Translations under genes and position numbers: made by a program
Notes under the pieces: model-generated
Told to the model about the DNA's origin: nothing
Databases searched by the model: none
The model's input: the letters and a program-made list of their open reading frames with translations, nothing else
Part shown: positions 1 to 9,867 of the stretch, one piece after another
Position numbering within the stretch: the first letter of the stretch is position 1
How the letters are laid out: each line of letters starts with the position of its first letter
Origin: an uncultured Desulfosarcina sp.
Lineage (GTDB): Bacteria > Desulfobacterota > Desulfobacteria > Desulfobacterales > Desulfosarcinaceae
DNA length: 64,000 nucleotides
Direction: 5' to 3'
Assembly: GCA_963674945.2 (NCBI GenBank)
Contig: CAXXWQ010000001.1
Coordinates: 64,001-128,000 of the forward strand

Positions 1-1
1 G

Positions 2-244
2 CTCAAGATCGTGATCCCTCCTTCGGTGAGTATTCTGATATCGGCTTTCAAAGACACCTCGTTGGTCGTGATCATCGCCTTGTACGATCTTCTCAAGACC
101 ACCCAGGCGACATTGGCAGATCCCCGGTGGATGGGATTTTCGGCAGAGGCATACTTTTTTGTGGCCGGTATTTACTTTGTCTGCTGTTTCTATCTGTCCC
201 ATTTCAGCCGCAAGTTGGAACGCCAGCTGGAAACGGGGTTGTGA
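2..244 (+). CDS. Polar amino-acid ABC transporter permease, 3' part (begins before window)
   Basis: FKDTSLV motif and hydrophobic C-terminal helix; lies upstream of the cognate ATPase. Confidence 0.85.
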   Translation, partial: LKIVIPPSVSILISAFKDTSLVVIIALYDLLKTTQATLADPRWMGFSAEAYFFVAGIYFVCCFYLSHFSRKLERQLETGL

Positions 245-253
245 AAAAAACAG

Positions 254-407
254 TGTTAAGGTTTAAGTGTAAAGTTGTAAGGGAAGGTAGAAAAGTCATT
301 TTCAATAAGACATGAATGACAAATCTGCTATTCTCATCCTTCAGATGGATTCCTTTGTAAAACAGATAGCATTCAACAACTTAACACTTAACGCGTAAAA
401 CTTAAAA
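254..407. repeat. Inverted degenerate heptamer arrays flanking an intergenic spacer
   Basis: tgttaag-gtttaag-tgtaaag-ttgtaag (254-281) and cttaaca-cttaacg-cgtaaaa-cttaaaa (380-407) are roughly reverse complements. Confidence 0.6.
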
Positions 408-421
408 CTACGGGCTTCGAC

Positions 422-1198
422 ATGACTGAAGATAATGAATTTACAGCGAATAATCTGGAAACAAACGATGCCATTATCCAAATCGTCAAAATGCACAAGT
501 GGTATGGAGATTTTCATGTGCTTCAGGACATCAATCTCGAAGTGAAGCGCCGGGAGCGGATCGTAATCTGCGGCCCCTCGGGATCGGGAAAATCGACCAT
601 GATCCGCTGCATCAATCGGCTGGAAGAACATCAGCGGGGAGAAATCATCGTCGATGGTACGGAACTGACCAATGATTTGAAAAATATCGAGAAAATTCGT
701 GCCGAGGTCGGCATGGTGTTCCAGCACTTCAACCTCTTTCCGCACTTGACCATTTTGGAGAATCTTACCCTCGGGCCAATTTGGGTTCGCAAGACACCAA
801 AAAAAGAAGCCGAAGAAACGGCCATGCACTATCTGGAAAAGGTCCAGATTGCCGAACAGGCAAAGAAATACCCCGGTCAGCTATCCGGCGGCCAGCAACA
901 GAGAGTGGCAATCGCCCGCAGTCTTTGCATGGCGCCGAAGGTGATGCTTTTCGATGAACCGACCAGTGCCCTCGATCCGGAGATGATCAAAGAGGTGCTG
1001 GATGTCATGATCGATCTGGCAAGGGAGGGGATGACCATGCTGGTGGTGACTCATGAGATGGGGTTTGCCAAAAGCGTGGCCCACCGGGTTCTGTTCATGG
1101 ATTACGGCAGCATCGTCGAAGAGAATACGCCATCGGAATTTTTCGACAATCCCCAACACGACCGCACGAAGCTTTTTCTGAGCCAGATTTTACATTAA
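422..1198 (+). CDS. Polar amino-acid ABC transporter ATP-binding protein (AapP/GlnQ-like)
   Basis: Walker A GPSGSGKS, signature LSGGQQQ, Walker [23 protein letters not shown]. Confidence 0.95.
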   Translation: MTEDNEFTANNLETNDAIIQIVKMHKWYGDFHVLQDINLEVKRRERIVICGPSGSGKSTMIRCINRLEEHQRGEIIVDGTELTNDLKNIEKIRAEVGMVFQHFNLFPHLTILENLTLGPIWVRKTPKKEAEETAMHYLEKVQIAEQAKKYPGQLSGGQQQRVAIARSLCMAPKVMLFDEPTSALDPEMIKEVLDVMIDLAREGMTMLVVTHEMGFAKSVAHRVLFMDYGSIVEENTPSEFFDNPQHDRTKLFLSQILH

Positions 1199-1311
1199 GC
1201 TTCATGGAACACCGGCGTACACCTTGATCGGTTGACTTCCATCGGGCAATATTGGTCACGGTCCACCCTCTTTCCATACAGATTGTTGACCTTGCATTCT
1301 CTTCTGGGATA

Positions 1312-1356
1312 TATCGCCTTAGCGATAGGCGATAGGCGATAGGCGATAGGCGATAG
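1312..1356. repeat. Tandem heptamer (GCGATAG)x5 preceded by one inverted unit
   Basis: Five perfect units at 1322-1356; tatcgcct at 1312-1319 is the reverse complement of aggcgata. Confidence 0.9.
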
Positions 1357-1380
1357 GATTTATAGCAGATCGTCAACCAA

Positions 1381-1498
1381 TGACGAAATTGTATAAACTA
1401 GAATTTCGGACGGCTTCGTAAAAAGCCCGAGATCAAGGATTGCGAGACCCGAGGGGTGAAGCGTAACGCAGATATCGGATTTTTTACGAAGCCGTCAA
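1381..1498 (+). repeat. Hairpin element family A, internally deleted copy
   Basis: IR gacggcttcgtaaaaa (1409) / tttttacgaagccgtc (1496); cgagatcaagg and aacgcagatatcgg boxes; homologous to copies at 2953, 49940, 62367. Confidence 0.85.
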
Positions 1499-1514
1499 TT
1501 ATCGGATAGACACA

Positions 1515-2900
1515 ATGAAACCGATCATTGCCATCATCGGCAGACCCAACGTGGGCAAATCCACCCTGTTCAACCGCATTACGCGCTCGAAGGATGCCAT
1601 CGTGGATGATCTTCCCGGTGTGACCCGGGACCGCAACTTCAAGGATGCAAAGTGGAACGATACGGTATTCACCCTGGTGGATACCGGCGGATTCGCAAAA
1701 GGGGATGACGATGCCTTTGCGCCCCACATCCGTCAGCAGGTGCAGCAGGCCATTCGTGATGCAGATGCGGTGGTTCTCCTGCTCGATGGCAAGGGGGGGA
1801 TTTCGCCTTTCGACGCCGACCTGGTCCAGACATTGCGGACGGTGGACAAACCCGTGTTTTTTCTGGTCAACAAGATCGACGGCCAGGGTCAGGAGAAGGA
1901 ACTTTTCGAATTTTATGGATTGGGTATCGACACCCTGTTTCCCGTATCGGCGGAGCATGGTTACGGGGTGTCCGATTTTATGGATGCGCTGACCGATGCG
2001 TTCCCCGATGCAATTTTGGAAGAAGAGCCATCGGATGCCATTCGTATCGCGGTGGTGGGAAAACCCAACGCGGGAAAATCGTCGCTGATCAACAACATTT
2101 TGGGGGAGGAGCGGCTTGTTGTCAGCGATGTGGCCGGTACGACACGGGACGCCATCGACACCTCTTTTTCCCGCAACGACCAAAACTATGTACTGGTGGA
2201 TACGGCCGGAATCCGTCGTAAGGGGAAGGTCTCCTTGCGCCTGGAAAAATTTTCCATCATCAAGGCACTTCGCAGCCTGGAACGCTGCGACGTGGCACTG
2301 ATCGTCATCGATGCCGAACAAGGTGTAACCGATCAGGATGTCCGCGTCGCCGGTTACGCCCATGACCGAGGGTGCGGTGCAATTTTCCTGATCAACAAAT
2401 GGGACCTGGTGGACAACCGTGACGGCAAAGCCCTCAAAAAAGTTACGGAAGATCTGCGAATGCAGGCAAAGTTTCTCAGCTTTGCTCCCGTGATCACCGT
2501 TTCGGCAAAAACCGGGTTTCGGGTAACACGTATCTTTCCCCTGGTGGATGAGGTGTATGCCCAGTACTGCGCCCGGATTACCACCGGCCCGTTGAACAAG
2601 ACCATGGAATCGGCGCTGGCACGCAACGAACCCTCCTTGCACAGGGGGACACGTCTGAAATTCTACTACGCCACCCAGGTCTCCACCCGCCCTCCAACCT
2701 TCGTCAGCTTCGTTAATTTTCCCGAAGGCGTCCACTTTTCCTACCGACGGTATCTGGTCAACCAGATCCGTGAGGCGTTCGGTCTGGACAAAACCCCCTT
2801 GCGGCTTTTCTTGCGCCAGCGTACCGGGAAAAATCCTGATTTCCTAAACAAGAAGCGTACGCCGGTCAAGCCGAAGCGAAAACGGCGTGAGAGAAGATAA
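1515..2900 (+). CDS. der: Ribosome biogenesis GTPase Der (EngA)
   Basis: Two GTPase domains: [16 protein letters not shown] and [18 protein letters not shown]-like C-terminus. Confidence 0.97.
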   Translation: MKPIIAIIGRPNVGKSTLFNRITRSKDAIVDDLPGVTRDRNFKDAKWNDTVFTLVDTGGFAKGDDDAFAPHIRQQVQQAIRDADAVVLLLDGKGGISPFDADLVQTLRTVDKPVFFLVNKIDGQGQEKELFEFYGLGIDTLFPVSAEHGYGVSDFMDALTDAFPDAILEEEPSDAIRIAVVGKPNAGKSSLINNILGEERLVVSDVAGTTRDAIDTSFSRNDQNYVLVDTAGIRRKGKVSLRLEKFSIIKALRSLERCDVALIVIDAEQGVTDQDVRVAGYAHDRGCGAIFLINKWDLVDNRDGKALKKVTEDLRMQAKFLSFAPVITVSAKTGFRVTRIFPLVDEVYAQYCARITTGPLNKTMESALARNEPSLHRGTRLKFYYATQVSTRPPTFVSFVNFPEGVHFSYRRYLVNQIREAFGLDKTPLRLFLRQRTGKNPDFLNKKRTPVKPKRKRRERR

Positions 2901-2952
2901 AGTGCTTCCGTCATTCGCCGTGGTGACCATTGGACCGGCAGTTGAGATGATA

Positions 2953-3106
2953 TTGACGGCTTCGGAAAAAGTCCGATATTGACGTTACGCTTCATCCTTC
3001 GTCACTGCGACGAATCCCAAATACGCCTCATTCCGCAGGATTCGCAATCCTTGATCTCGGGCTTTTTCCGAAGCCGTCTGAACAGCGACTTTTTACGAGT
3101 TCATCA
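2953..3106 (-). repeat. Hairpin element family A, full copy
   Basis: 17-bp perfect IR gacggcttcggaaaaag (2955) / ctttttccgaagccgtc (3078), plus extra end motif actttttacgagttcatc. Confidence 0.9.
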
Positions 3107-3162
3107 TTATTTTCCATGCGATCGACTTTTTTTTCGTCGGTCGCTGGTATATATAGGCGGGC

Positions 3163-4521
3163 ATGGACCTTTTCGACCACCATGCCCAATCTGCCACTGA
3201 CCATCAGCGCCCCCTTGCCGAGCGTATGCGCCCCCGGCGGCTTGCGGATGTGTTCGGACAGGCCGACGTCACCGGCCCGGGCAGCCTCATCCGTCATGCC
3301 ATCGAAAACGATCGCATTTTTTCCATGATCCTGTGGGGGCCACCGGGATGCGGAAAAACCACCCTGGCGCGGATCATTGCCGGTGAGACCGAGTCCCATT
3401 ACATCCATTTCTCGGCGGTGCTGGCAGGCGTCAAACAGATCCGCGAAGTCATCGCGGAAGCCAAAAAACAGCGCCAGTTTCAGCGCAAGCGGACCGTCCT
3501 GTTCGTAGACGAGATTCACCGATTCAACAAGGCTCAGCAGGACGCATTTCTCCATCATGTGGAATCCGGTCTGATCACCCTGATCGGTGCCACGACCGAG
3601 AATCCTTCTTTTGAGGTGATTTCACCGCTGCTCTCCCGCTGCCGGGTGATCGTCCTCAATCTTTTACACGACGAGGCACTGGGGCAGGTAATCGATCGGG
3701 CGCTGGCAGACGAGCAGTCAGGCCTCGGCACCCTGTCCCTGGGGTTGTCCCAACAGGCCCGCGACCATCTCATCAAGATTTCCGCAGGAGACGCCCGCAG
3801 TGCCCTCAACAGCCTGGAGGTCGCGGCGACCCTGGCCTTGGCCGAACCATCCGCGGAAGTTCAGAAAGGGCGGACCATCACCCTTGCCCAAGTAGAAAAA
3901 GCCCTTCAGAAAAAGGCGCTGTTGTATGACAAACACGGTGAGGAACATTTCAATCTCATTTCGGCCTTTCACAAGAGTCTGCGCGGCAGTGACCCGGATG
4001 CGGCGTTGTACTGGCTGGCCCGAATGATAGAGGCTGGCGAAAATGCCCTGTACGTGGCCCGCCGCATGGTTCGCTTTGCCTCCGAGGACGTTGGCAATGC
4101 CGATCCTTTTGCCCTGCGCATTGCCCTGGGGGCCATGGAGTCTTTCCGCTTTCTGGGACACCCGGAGGGGGACCTGGCCCTGGCCCAGGCCGCGGTCTAT
4201 CTGGCCACGGCACCCAAGAGCAACAGTGTCTACACGGCATGGAATGCGGCGCGAAAGGCCGTGCGGGAAAAGGGCGCGCTGCCGGTTCCCCTGCATATTC
4301 GCAATGCACCCACCTCCCTGATGCGGGAGGTCGGCTATGGAAAGAATTATCGGTATGCTCACGACTACGAAGATGGGGTTGTCGTGCAGGATTATTTTCC
4401 GGAAGCCATTTCGGGTTATCGGTTTTATTACCCGACCCAAAGGGGGTACGAAAAGATGATCGAGAAGCGATTGAGACGATGGCAGGAGGTCAAACAATCA
4501 TCCCGAAGTCAAAAATCGTGA
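3163..4521 (+). CDS. rarA: Replication-associated recombination protein A (RarA/MgsA AAA+ ATPase)
   Basis: PLAERMRP, WGPPGCGKTT, FVDEIHRFNKAQQD, GATTENPSF, SAFHKSLRGSDPDAALYW. Confidence 0.96.
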   Translation: MDLFDHHAQSATDHQRPLAERMRPRRLADVFGQADVTGPGSLIRHAIENDRIFSMILWGPPGCGKTTLARIIAGETESHYIHFSAVLAGVKQIREVIAEAKKQRQFQRKRTVLFVDEIHRFNKAQQDAFLHHVESGLITLIGATTENPSFEVISPLLSRCRVIVLNLLHDEALGQVIDRALADEQSGLGTLSLGLSQQARDHLIKISAGDARSALNSLEVAATLALAEPSAEVQKGRTITLAQVEKALQKKALLYDKHGEEHFNLISAFHKSLRGSDPDAALYWLARMIEAGENALYVARRMVRFASEDVGNADPFALRIALGAMESFRFLGHPEGDLALAQAAVYLATAPKSNSVYTAWNAARKAVREKGALPVPLHIRNAPTSLMREVGYGKNYRYAHDYEDGVVVQDYFPEAISGYRFYYPTQRGYEKMIEKRLRRWQEVKQSSRSQKS

Positions 4522-4706
4522 GGTGGAAGGGCGATTCTTCTTTGCTGGTTGTCTTGTTTGGCCGCCGACCATTCTATGATGTTCATCCGACGATTCTTCC
4601 TACAGCCACCTTGTCATGGCGCGATGCGTTGTTATTTTAGAAACTCGACATCCAAGCTGACTGCCTCCGGGTAATTGCCCGGCTTTGTAATACAAAGGAG
4701 TGTTCG

Positions 4707-6134
4707 TTGAAAAACGCCAACCCGTTTTGGAAATTCTTTTGTTCCGTCAAGTTGACCTTCGTACTGTTGCTTTCCCTGGCATTCACCTCCATCATCGGTA
4801 CGGTCATCCCGCAAAATGAAAGCCCGGACCTGTATCTTCGGGCATACGGCGCCTTCGGCTATCAGTTTCTCGATGCATTGGGCATTTTCGACATGTACCA
4901 TTCCTGGTGGTTCAAGGCACTCTTGCTCTTGTTGACCATCAACATCGTCATCTGTTCCATCGATCGGCTGCAGAGCAGCTGGAAAATCATCTTCAATCGT
5001 CATCCCAATGTGAATCCAAAGCGATTTACGAAGCATCCGAGTGCGCGAACGTGGACGAAAAAACAATCCGTCGAGGACTTGCTCACCGCTTATGAGCCCA
5101 TTCTCGCCAAACGATACGGTCATTGCCGGGTCAACCGGAACGGCGGCTCGGCTTTCGTCTACGGGGAAAAGGGGCGACTTTCCCGATTGGGCGTCTATAT
5201 CGTTCACGCAAGCGTGATATTTCTTCTCGTGGGCGGCCTGGTGGGGTCTTTTTTCGGGTTCGAGGGGTACGTCAACATCCCGGAAGGGGAGGCCACGGAC
5301 CTCATCCGTATCCGCAATACCGGACAGATCCATCGTCTGGACTTTACCATTCGCTGCGATGATTTCAGTCTGACCCTTTATGAAACCGGCGCGCCAAAGG
5401 AGTATCGCTCGGCCCTTTCCATCATCGAGGGGGGCGAAACGGTGAAACAGAAGGATATTATCGTCAATGACCCATTGCACCACAGGGGAATCAATATCTT
5501 CCAATCCAGTTATGGCGAGGTCCCGCCCAGCCAGATGACCCGCCAACAAACCGTGGCCTCCGAACCGTCGGATACGTACACTCTCGTTTTCACCAGCCGC
5601 GCCTCCCAGATGCAGTATACGAAGACGGCCAGGGTAGGTGTCCCCATGGATATTCCGGAAGGATTGGGTACATTTGTCATCCAATCGTTTGAAGAAGACG
5701 CAACATTTCGAGGAATGGATGTGGGGGCATCGCTGAAGGGCGTTCTCACCCAACAGGATGCGCCCCCGGTGGAAGTTCTGCTTCCGTTGCAGTTTGCCAA
5801 TTTCGATAAGATGCGCGGCGGCGATGTGATCATCAGCCTGAATGATCCATCCGGGCAGGATACCACACCCCCGCCGAAGAATGACAAACGCTACTACACC
5901 GGCCTTCAAGTGACCCGTGACCCCGGCGTGGGAATCGTGTACGCGGGGTTTGTGCTGATGATATTAGGTTGCTTCGTTACCTTTTACCTGTCTCATCAGC
6001 AGGTTTGCATCGTGATCGAACCGATTCAGAACAGCAGTCGCGTAACCCTTGCCGGCACGTCCAATCGAGGTAAACTGGCCATGAACAATACACTTGAAAA
6101 AATTTTTTCCGCCATGACCGAAAAAGGAGTGTAA
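4707..6134 (+). CDS. resB: Cytochrome c biogenesis protein ResB/Ccs1
   Basis: SIIGTVIPQ, YHSWWF, VHASVIFLLVG, VNDPL, GLQVTRDPG; adjacent to ccsB. Confidence 0.9.
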   Translation: MKNANPFWKFFCSVKLTFVLLLSLAFTSIIGTVIPQNESPDLYLRAYGAFGYQFLDALGIFDMYHSWWFKALLLLLTINIVICSIDRLQSSWKIIFNRHPNVNPKRFTKHPSARTWTKKQSVEDLLTAYEPILAKRYGHCRVNRNGGSAFVYGEKGRLSRLGVYIVHASVIFLLVGGLVGSFFGFEGYVNIPEGEATDLIRIRNTGQIHRLDFTIRCDDFSLTLYETGAPKEYRSALSIIEGGETVKQKDIIVNDPLHHRGINIFQSSYGEVPPSQMTRQQTVASEPSDTYTLVFTSRASQMQYTKTARVGVPMDIPEGLGTFVIQSFEEDATFRGMDVGASLKGVLTQQDAPPVEVLLPLQFANFDKMRGGDVIISLNDPSGQDTTPPPKNDKRYYTGLQVTRDPGVGIVYAGFVLMILGCFVTFYLSHQQVCIVIEPIQNSSRVTLAGTSNRGKLAMNNTLEKIFSAMTEKGV

Positions 6135-6136
6135 CC

Positions 6137-6982
6137 TTGCCCATGAGCAGTTCACAGCTTTTATCCATTTCGACCTTCGCCTTTGCGCTGGCCGCGTTTT
6201 TTTACGTGGCGGCATTAATTTTCAAAAGGTCGACGTTAACGCATCCGGCGCGTTGGACGGTGGTCGTCGCTGTCGCCGTGACCACGGCCGGGCTCGTTCT
6301 TCGCTGGATCGAATCCTATCAGATGGGGATCGGTCACGCACCCTTGTCCAACTTATACGAATCGCTGGTCTTTTTTGCCTGGACCGCGGGTGTGATTTAT
6401 CTGTATGTGGAGTTTGCGTACAAGAATGTCCTGATCGGCGCTTTTGTCACGCCCATCGCCTTTCTGGCCATGGCCTATGCCTCCTTGTCCCCCAATGTCA
6501 ATGATCGCATTCAGCCGCTGGTGCCGGCCCTTAAAAGCAACTGGCTGATCGCCCATGTGGTCACCTGTTTCTTCGGTTACGCCGCATTTGCCGTTGCGTT
6601 CGGAATGAGCATCATGTACCTGATCAAAGCCAGGGTACCGGAAAAAGAGGGAGGCATCATCGGGCATTTTCCCCGGTTGGATGTGCTCGATGAACTGACG
6701 CACCGGATGGTACTCTTTGGATTTCTCTTTCTCACCGTCGGTATCATTACCGGTTCGGTATGGGCCAATTCGGCTTGGGGCAGCTACTGGTCGTGGGATC
6801 CCAAGGAGACATGGTCCCTGATCAGCTGGTTTATCTATGCCTCCTTTCTTCATGCCCGTCTCATGCGGGGGTGGCAGGGAAAAAAGATCGCCTACCTTTC
6901 GCTCATCGGCTTTACGGCGGTGTTGTTTACTTACTTCGGCGTGAATCTGCTGCCTGGGCTTCACAGTTATGGAAAAGTATGA
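6137..6982 (+). CDS. ccsB: System II cytochrome c assembly protein CcsB/ResC (CcsA family)
   Basis: WWD domain WANSAWGSYWSWDPKETW, GHAPLSNLYES, GLHSY. Confidence 0.95.
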   Translation: MPMSSSQLLSISTFAFALAAFFYVAALIFKRSTLTHPARWTVVVAVAVTTAGLVLRWIESYQMGIGHAPLSNLYESLVFFAWTAGVIYLYVEFAYKNVLIGAFVTPIAFLAMAYASLSPNVNDRIQPLVPALKSNWLIAHVVTCFFGYAAFAVAFGMSIMYLIKARVPEKEGGIIGHFPRLDVLDELTHRMVLFGFLFLTVGIITGSVWANSAWGSYWSWDPKETWSLISWFIYASFLHARLMRGWQGKKIAYLSLIGFTAVLFTYFGVNLLPGLHSYGKV

Positions 6983-7129
6983 CGCATCTATACAGAGACG
7001 GCATCTTGTGGTTCATGCCGGCGTTCTCCCACTTTTTCAATCCTCAACGTAGTATCCCCTACGCCTGCGGTTGAAAAAGTGCTGCGGCCTTGGCCTGAAC
7101 CACAATCTACCATCTCTGTACAGATGCGT
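6982..7129 (-). repeat. Hairpin element family C
   Basis: Nested stems acgcatctatacagaga/tctctgtacagatgcgt, ttgtggttca/tgaaccacaa, actttttcaa/ttgaaaaagt; boxes cggcgtt 7019, ctcaacgta 7043, tacgcct 7060, gccttg 7087. Confidence 0.85.
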
Positions 7130-7154
7130 TTTGGTAGTGATGTAGTAAAAACAA

Positions 7155-7631
7155 ATGAAAGCTACATATACGATGAAGATTGAACTGGACGAATTGGACA
7201 AGGCTATACTCAACCGGATTCAGACACGTTTCCCCTTGGAGTCCAGGCCGTTTTTCGCCATTGCCCGGGAGCTGGGAACGACGGAGGATGAAGTGTTGAT
7301 GCGGGTTAACCGGTTGAAGGAGGATGGCATTATCCGACGAATCGGTGGCAATTTTGTTCCGGGAAAAGTTGGATTCGTGAGCACCCTTTGTGCGGCCCAG
7401 GTACCCGCGGCAAAGGTCGATCTGTTCGCAAAAACAGTCAATGGGTTTTCCGGCGTGACCCACAACTATCTTCGGGAAAATTCCTTTAACGTGTGGTTCA
7501 CCTTTATCGCACCGTCCATGGCAGTGATCCGTCAAAATCTGGCACGAATATCGGAAAAAACGGGTGTCAGACGGATTTTAAACCTGCCCGCCACACATGT
7601 TTTCAAGATCAAGGCGAAATTTGATCTGTAG
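7155..7631 (+). CDS. ahbA: Siroheme decarboxylase alpha subunit (AhbA/NirD-like, Lrp/AsnC fold); start may be 7173
   Basis: IQTRFPLESRPF, IIRRIGG, VSTLCAA, GVTHNYLR, FNVWFT; beside cytochrome c maturation genes. Confidence 0.85.
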   Translation: MKATYTMKIELDELDKAILNRIQTRFPLESRPFFAIARELGTTEDEVLMRVNRLKEDGIIRRIGGNFVPGKVGFVSTLCAAQVPAAKVDLFAKTVNGFSGVTHNYLRENSFNVWFTFIAPSMAVIRQNLARISEKTGVRRILNLPATHVFKIKAKFDL

Positions 7632-7633
7632 CC

Positions 7634-8038
7634 CTATTTTCCTTCATCGAAGATGTTTTGAATCGTGCTGGACAGATCGGCAATCTGATAAGGCTTCTGA
7701 ATAACGGAAGTGGGAGGTGTCTCATCGAATTGGCACAGCACTTGATCGACGGATAGACCGCTTGCAATGATGATGGGTAGCCTCTGGTCCAGTTCCCGCA
7801 ATGCCTGGAAAGCGGCTTTCCCGTCCATACCGGGCATGGTCAGATCCAATACCACGCATCCGATGGACGCTTTGTGTTCGGAGAACTGATCAAGGGCTTC
7901 CTCTCCGCTCTCGGCGATAATGACGTCATGCCCTAGTCGTTCCAGGATGGCTTTACCCACCTCCAGTACCATTTTTTCATCGTCAACCAGAAGTACCCTG
8001 CGGCCTTGCATGTGATTGCCGCCCGATTCGGTAACCAT
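7634..8038 (-). CDS. Single-domain response regulator (receiver)
   Basis: VLLVDDE, LDLTMPGMDG, ASG, KPY. Confidence 0.9.
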   Translation of the reverse strand: MVTESGGNHMQGRRVLLVDDEKMVLEVGKAILERLGHDVIIAESGEEALDQFSEHKASIGCVVLDLTMPGMDGKAAFQALRELDQRLPIIIASGLSVDQVLCQFDETPPTSVIQKPYQIADLSSTIQNIFDEGK

Positions 8039-8309
8039 TCACGTGACCTCGTTTTTCGTTGTCACACCCCAATACGGGGGGAAGCTGGTGAGAAATTGAC
8101 GAATGCAATTTCAACGATATTTGAAATACGTTCGTCGGGAATCATAATAGTGGAAAAAGTAAAGGATTTCAAATCCTAATTTTTTTATTTTATAAGGAGA
8201 TACCTGTTTCCGTGGCACAAAACCTGATTAAAACACTATAACCAATTGATAAAACATATATATTATGGTAATATTAGGGCACTAAACGCTCACTTCGGAG
8301 GTGAAATCA

Positions 8310-9671
8310 ATGCGGCGTCCGATCACCATAAAACACGAGATGGAAAAACTTGCCAGTCATAGCGGATTGATCAATATCGGCGCATTACTTGATGCGATAA
8401 ATTTCAGGTTCCGTTTCGAAAAGATCAACGGCGTCCATTGTGTAGACCCGAAAATTTCTCATGGTGACATTTTAGCTTCGATGATTGCTCTCATGAGTAT
8501 TGGTAAACCTGATTACGATGCGATCGAGATTTTTCGTGAGAAGCAAGAATTTTTCAACAAGGCCATTGGCAATCGTGCATGCCCGTCAAGCCCGACATTG
8601 CGTCAGCGAATCGATTTGATCGGCAACCAAGCCGATAAGCTGATTAAGGATGCAGGCGTTGATTTGGTTCGATCCTGCGCTCCGGCGATTTCACCCATCC
8701 AAACCAGTGCGGGTGATTTCCTTCCTTTGGATATGGATGTGAGTCCGTTTGACAACTCAAAGACTCAAAAGGAAGGCGTTTCCAGAACCTACAAAGGCAC
8801 GGATGGCTTCGCTCCGATCTTTGCCTACCTGGGCACCGAGGGGTATCTGGTGAATCTTGAGTTCAGAGAAGGAAAACAACACTGCCAGAAAAACACCCCC
8901 GAATTTATCAACGCCACCTTGGATTATGCCAGGCAAATTACCGATCAGCCTATTTTGATGAGGTTGGATTCAGGAAACGACAGTCAAGACAACTTTCCTG
9001 ACGATTCACGAAAGAATGTCCACTTTATCATCAAACGCAATTTGCGTAGAGAATCTGTTCAAAAGTGGGTTGATCTGGCAAAAAAATCCGGCAAGCAACA
9101 GCATTGCCGCTCAGGAAAATGTGTATGGATCGGAAAGACGATTGAAGACATCAACGGCAATCCATTGCGCTACCCAATCATCTTTGAGGTTACCGAAAGG
9201 CATACCAAAAAGGGCCAAGTACTGCTGTTCCCCGAGTATCAGATCGATACCTATTGGTGCAGCCTCGCACAGTTGCCACCGGATGAGGTGATTCGACTTT
9301 ATCACGATCACGGTACCAGCGAGCAGTTTCACTCCGAACTCAAATCCGACATGGGCCTGGAGCGCTTGCCGAGCGGTCATTTTTCCACCAATAGCTTGAT
9401 TCTTCATTTGGCGATGCTGACGTACAACATGCTACGGATTATCGGACAAATCAGCATCGAAGAGAGTGATCCGACTGAATTGCCCGGTATACGCCGGAAG
9501 AAAGTTACCCGGCGTCGAATCCGGACAGTCATGCAGGACTTGATGTATATGGCCGGTCGATTAGTAACCAGAAGTAGAAAATGGTACATATCCTTTGGCC
9601 AACTCAATCCATTTTCCAAACTGATGGATCGGATTTATCTTCGTCTGAATTTGCTTTCCGCTATGAAGTAG
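8310..9671 (+). CDS. IS1380-family DDE transposase (GTG 8301 is an alternative start)
   Basis: LDMDVSPFDNS, TYKGTDGFAPIFAY, RLDSGND, YHDHGTSEQFHSELK; GGAGG upstream of ATG 8310. Confidence 0.9.
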   Translation: MRRPITIKHEMEKLASHSGLINIGALLDAINFRFRFEKINGVHCVDPKISHGDILASMIALMSIGKPDYDAIEIFREKQEFFNKAIGNRACPSSPTLRQRIDLIGNQADKLIKDAGVDLVRSCAPAISPIQTSAGDFLPLDMDVSPFDNSKTQKEGVSRTYKGTDGFAPIFAYLGTEGYLVNLEFREGKQHCQKNTPEFINATLDYARQITDQPILMRLDSGNDSQDNFPDDSRKNVHFIIKRNLRRESVQKWVDLAKKSGKQQHCRSGKCVWIGKTIEDINGNPLRYPIIFEVTERHTKKGQVLLFPEYQIDTYWCSLAQLPPDEVIRLYHDHGTSEQFHSELKSDMGLERLPSGHFSTNSLILHLAMLTYNMLRIIGQISIEESDPTELPGIRRKKVTRRRIRTVMQDLMYMAGRLVTRSRKWYISFGQLNPFSKLMDRIYLRLNLLSAMK

Positions 9672-9678
9672 CTATAAT
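9651..9678 (+). promoter_or_regulatory. Candidate outward-facing sigma70 promoter inside the IS
   Basis: TTGCTT (9651-9656), 16 nt, TATAAT (9673-9678), pointing at the downstream gene. Confidence 0.45.
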
Positions 9679-9867
9679 TTTTAAAAGAACAATTTTACAG
9701 GCATTTGCTTGGTGATTTGCTATGGCTAAAGAATGAGAAACAGGAGCAAAATTCCTTCGAAATTTGAAAATAGTGAGAAAAATTATCAACAAATGATGGT
9801 GTGTGAGGCAATCGCCCCGCGCCAATCCTAACAGCAAAAATTAGGCCACTGATTCAGGGAGATATCA

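Larger units (their letters stand above)
8203..9858 (+). mobile_element. IS1380-family insertion sequence, 1656 bp, 6-bp target duplication GAGATA
   Basis: IRL cctgtttccgtggc (8203-8216) vs IRR revcomp cctgaatcagtggc (9845-9858), 11/14 match; gagata at 8197-8202 and 9859-9864. Confidence 0.85.

Noticed and set aside
1322..1356. Short tandem repeats as a CRISPR array
   Set aside because: 7-bp units without spacers and no cas genes in the window
1398..2735. Long antisense or alternate-frame ORFs (also 4632-5909, 14332-15765, 46526-48232, 58992-59957)
   Set aside because: Shadows of well-supported genes in GC-rich DNA, with no motifs
6982..7129. Hairpin elements as integron attC sites
   Set aside because: No RYYYAAC/GTTRRRY termini, box spacing far larger than attC R-L spacing, no cassette layout or intI
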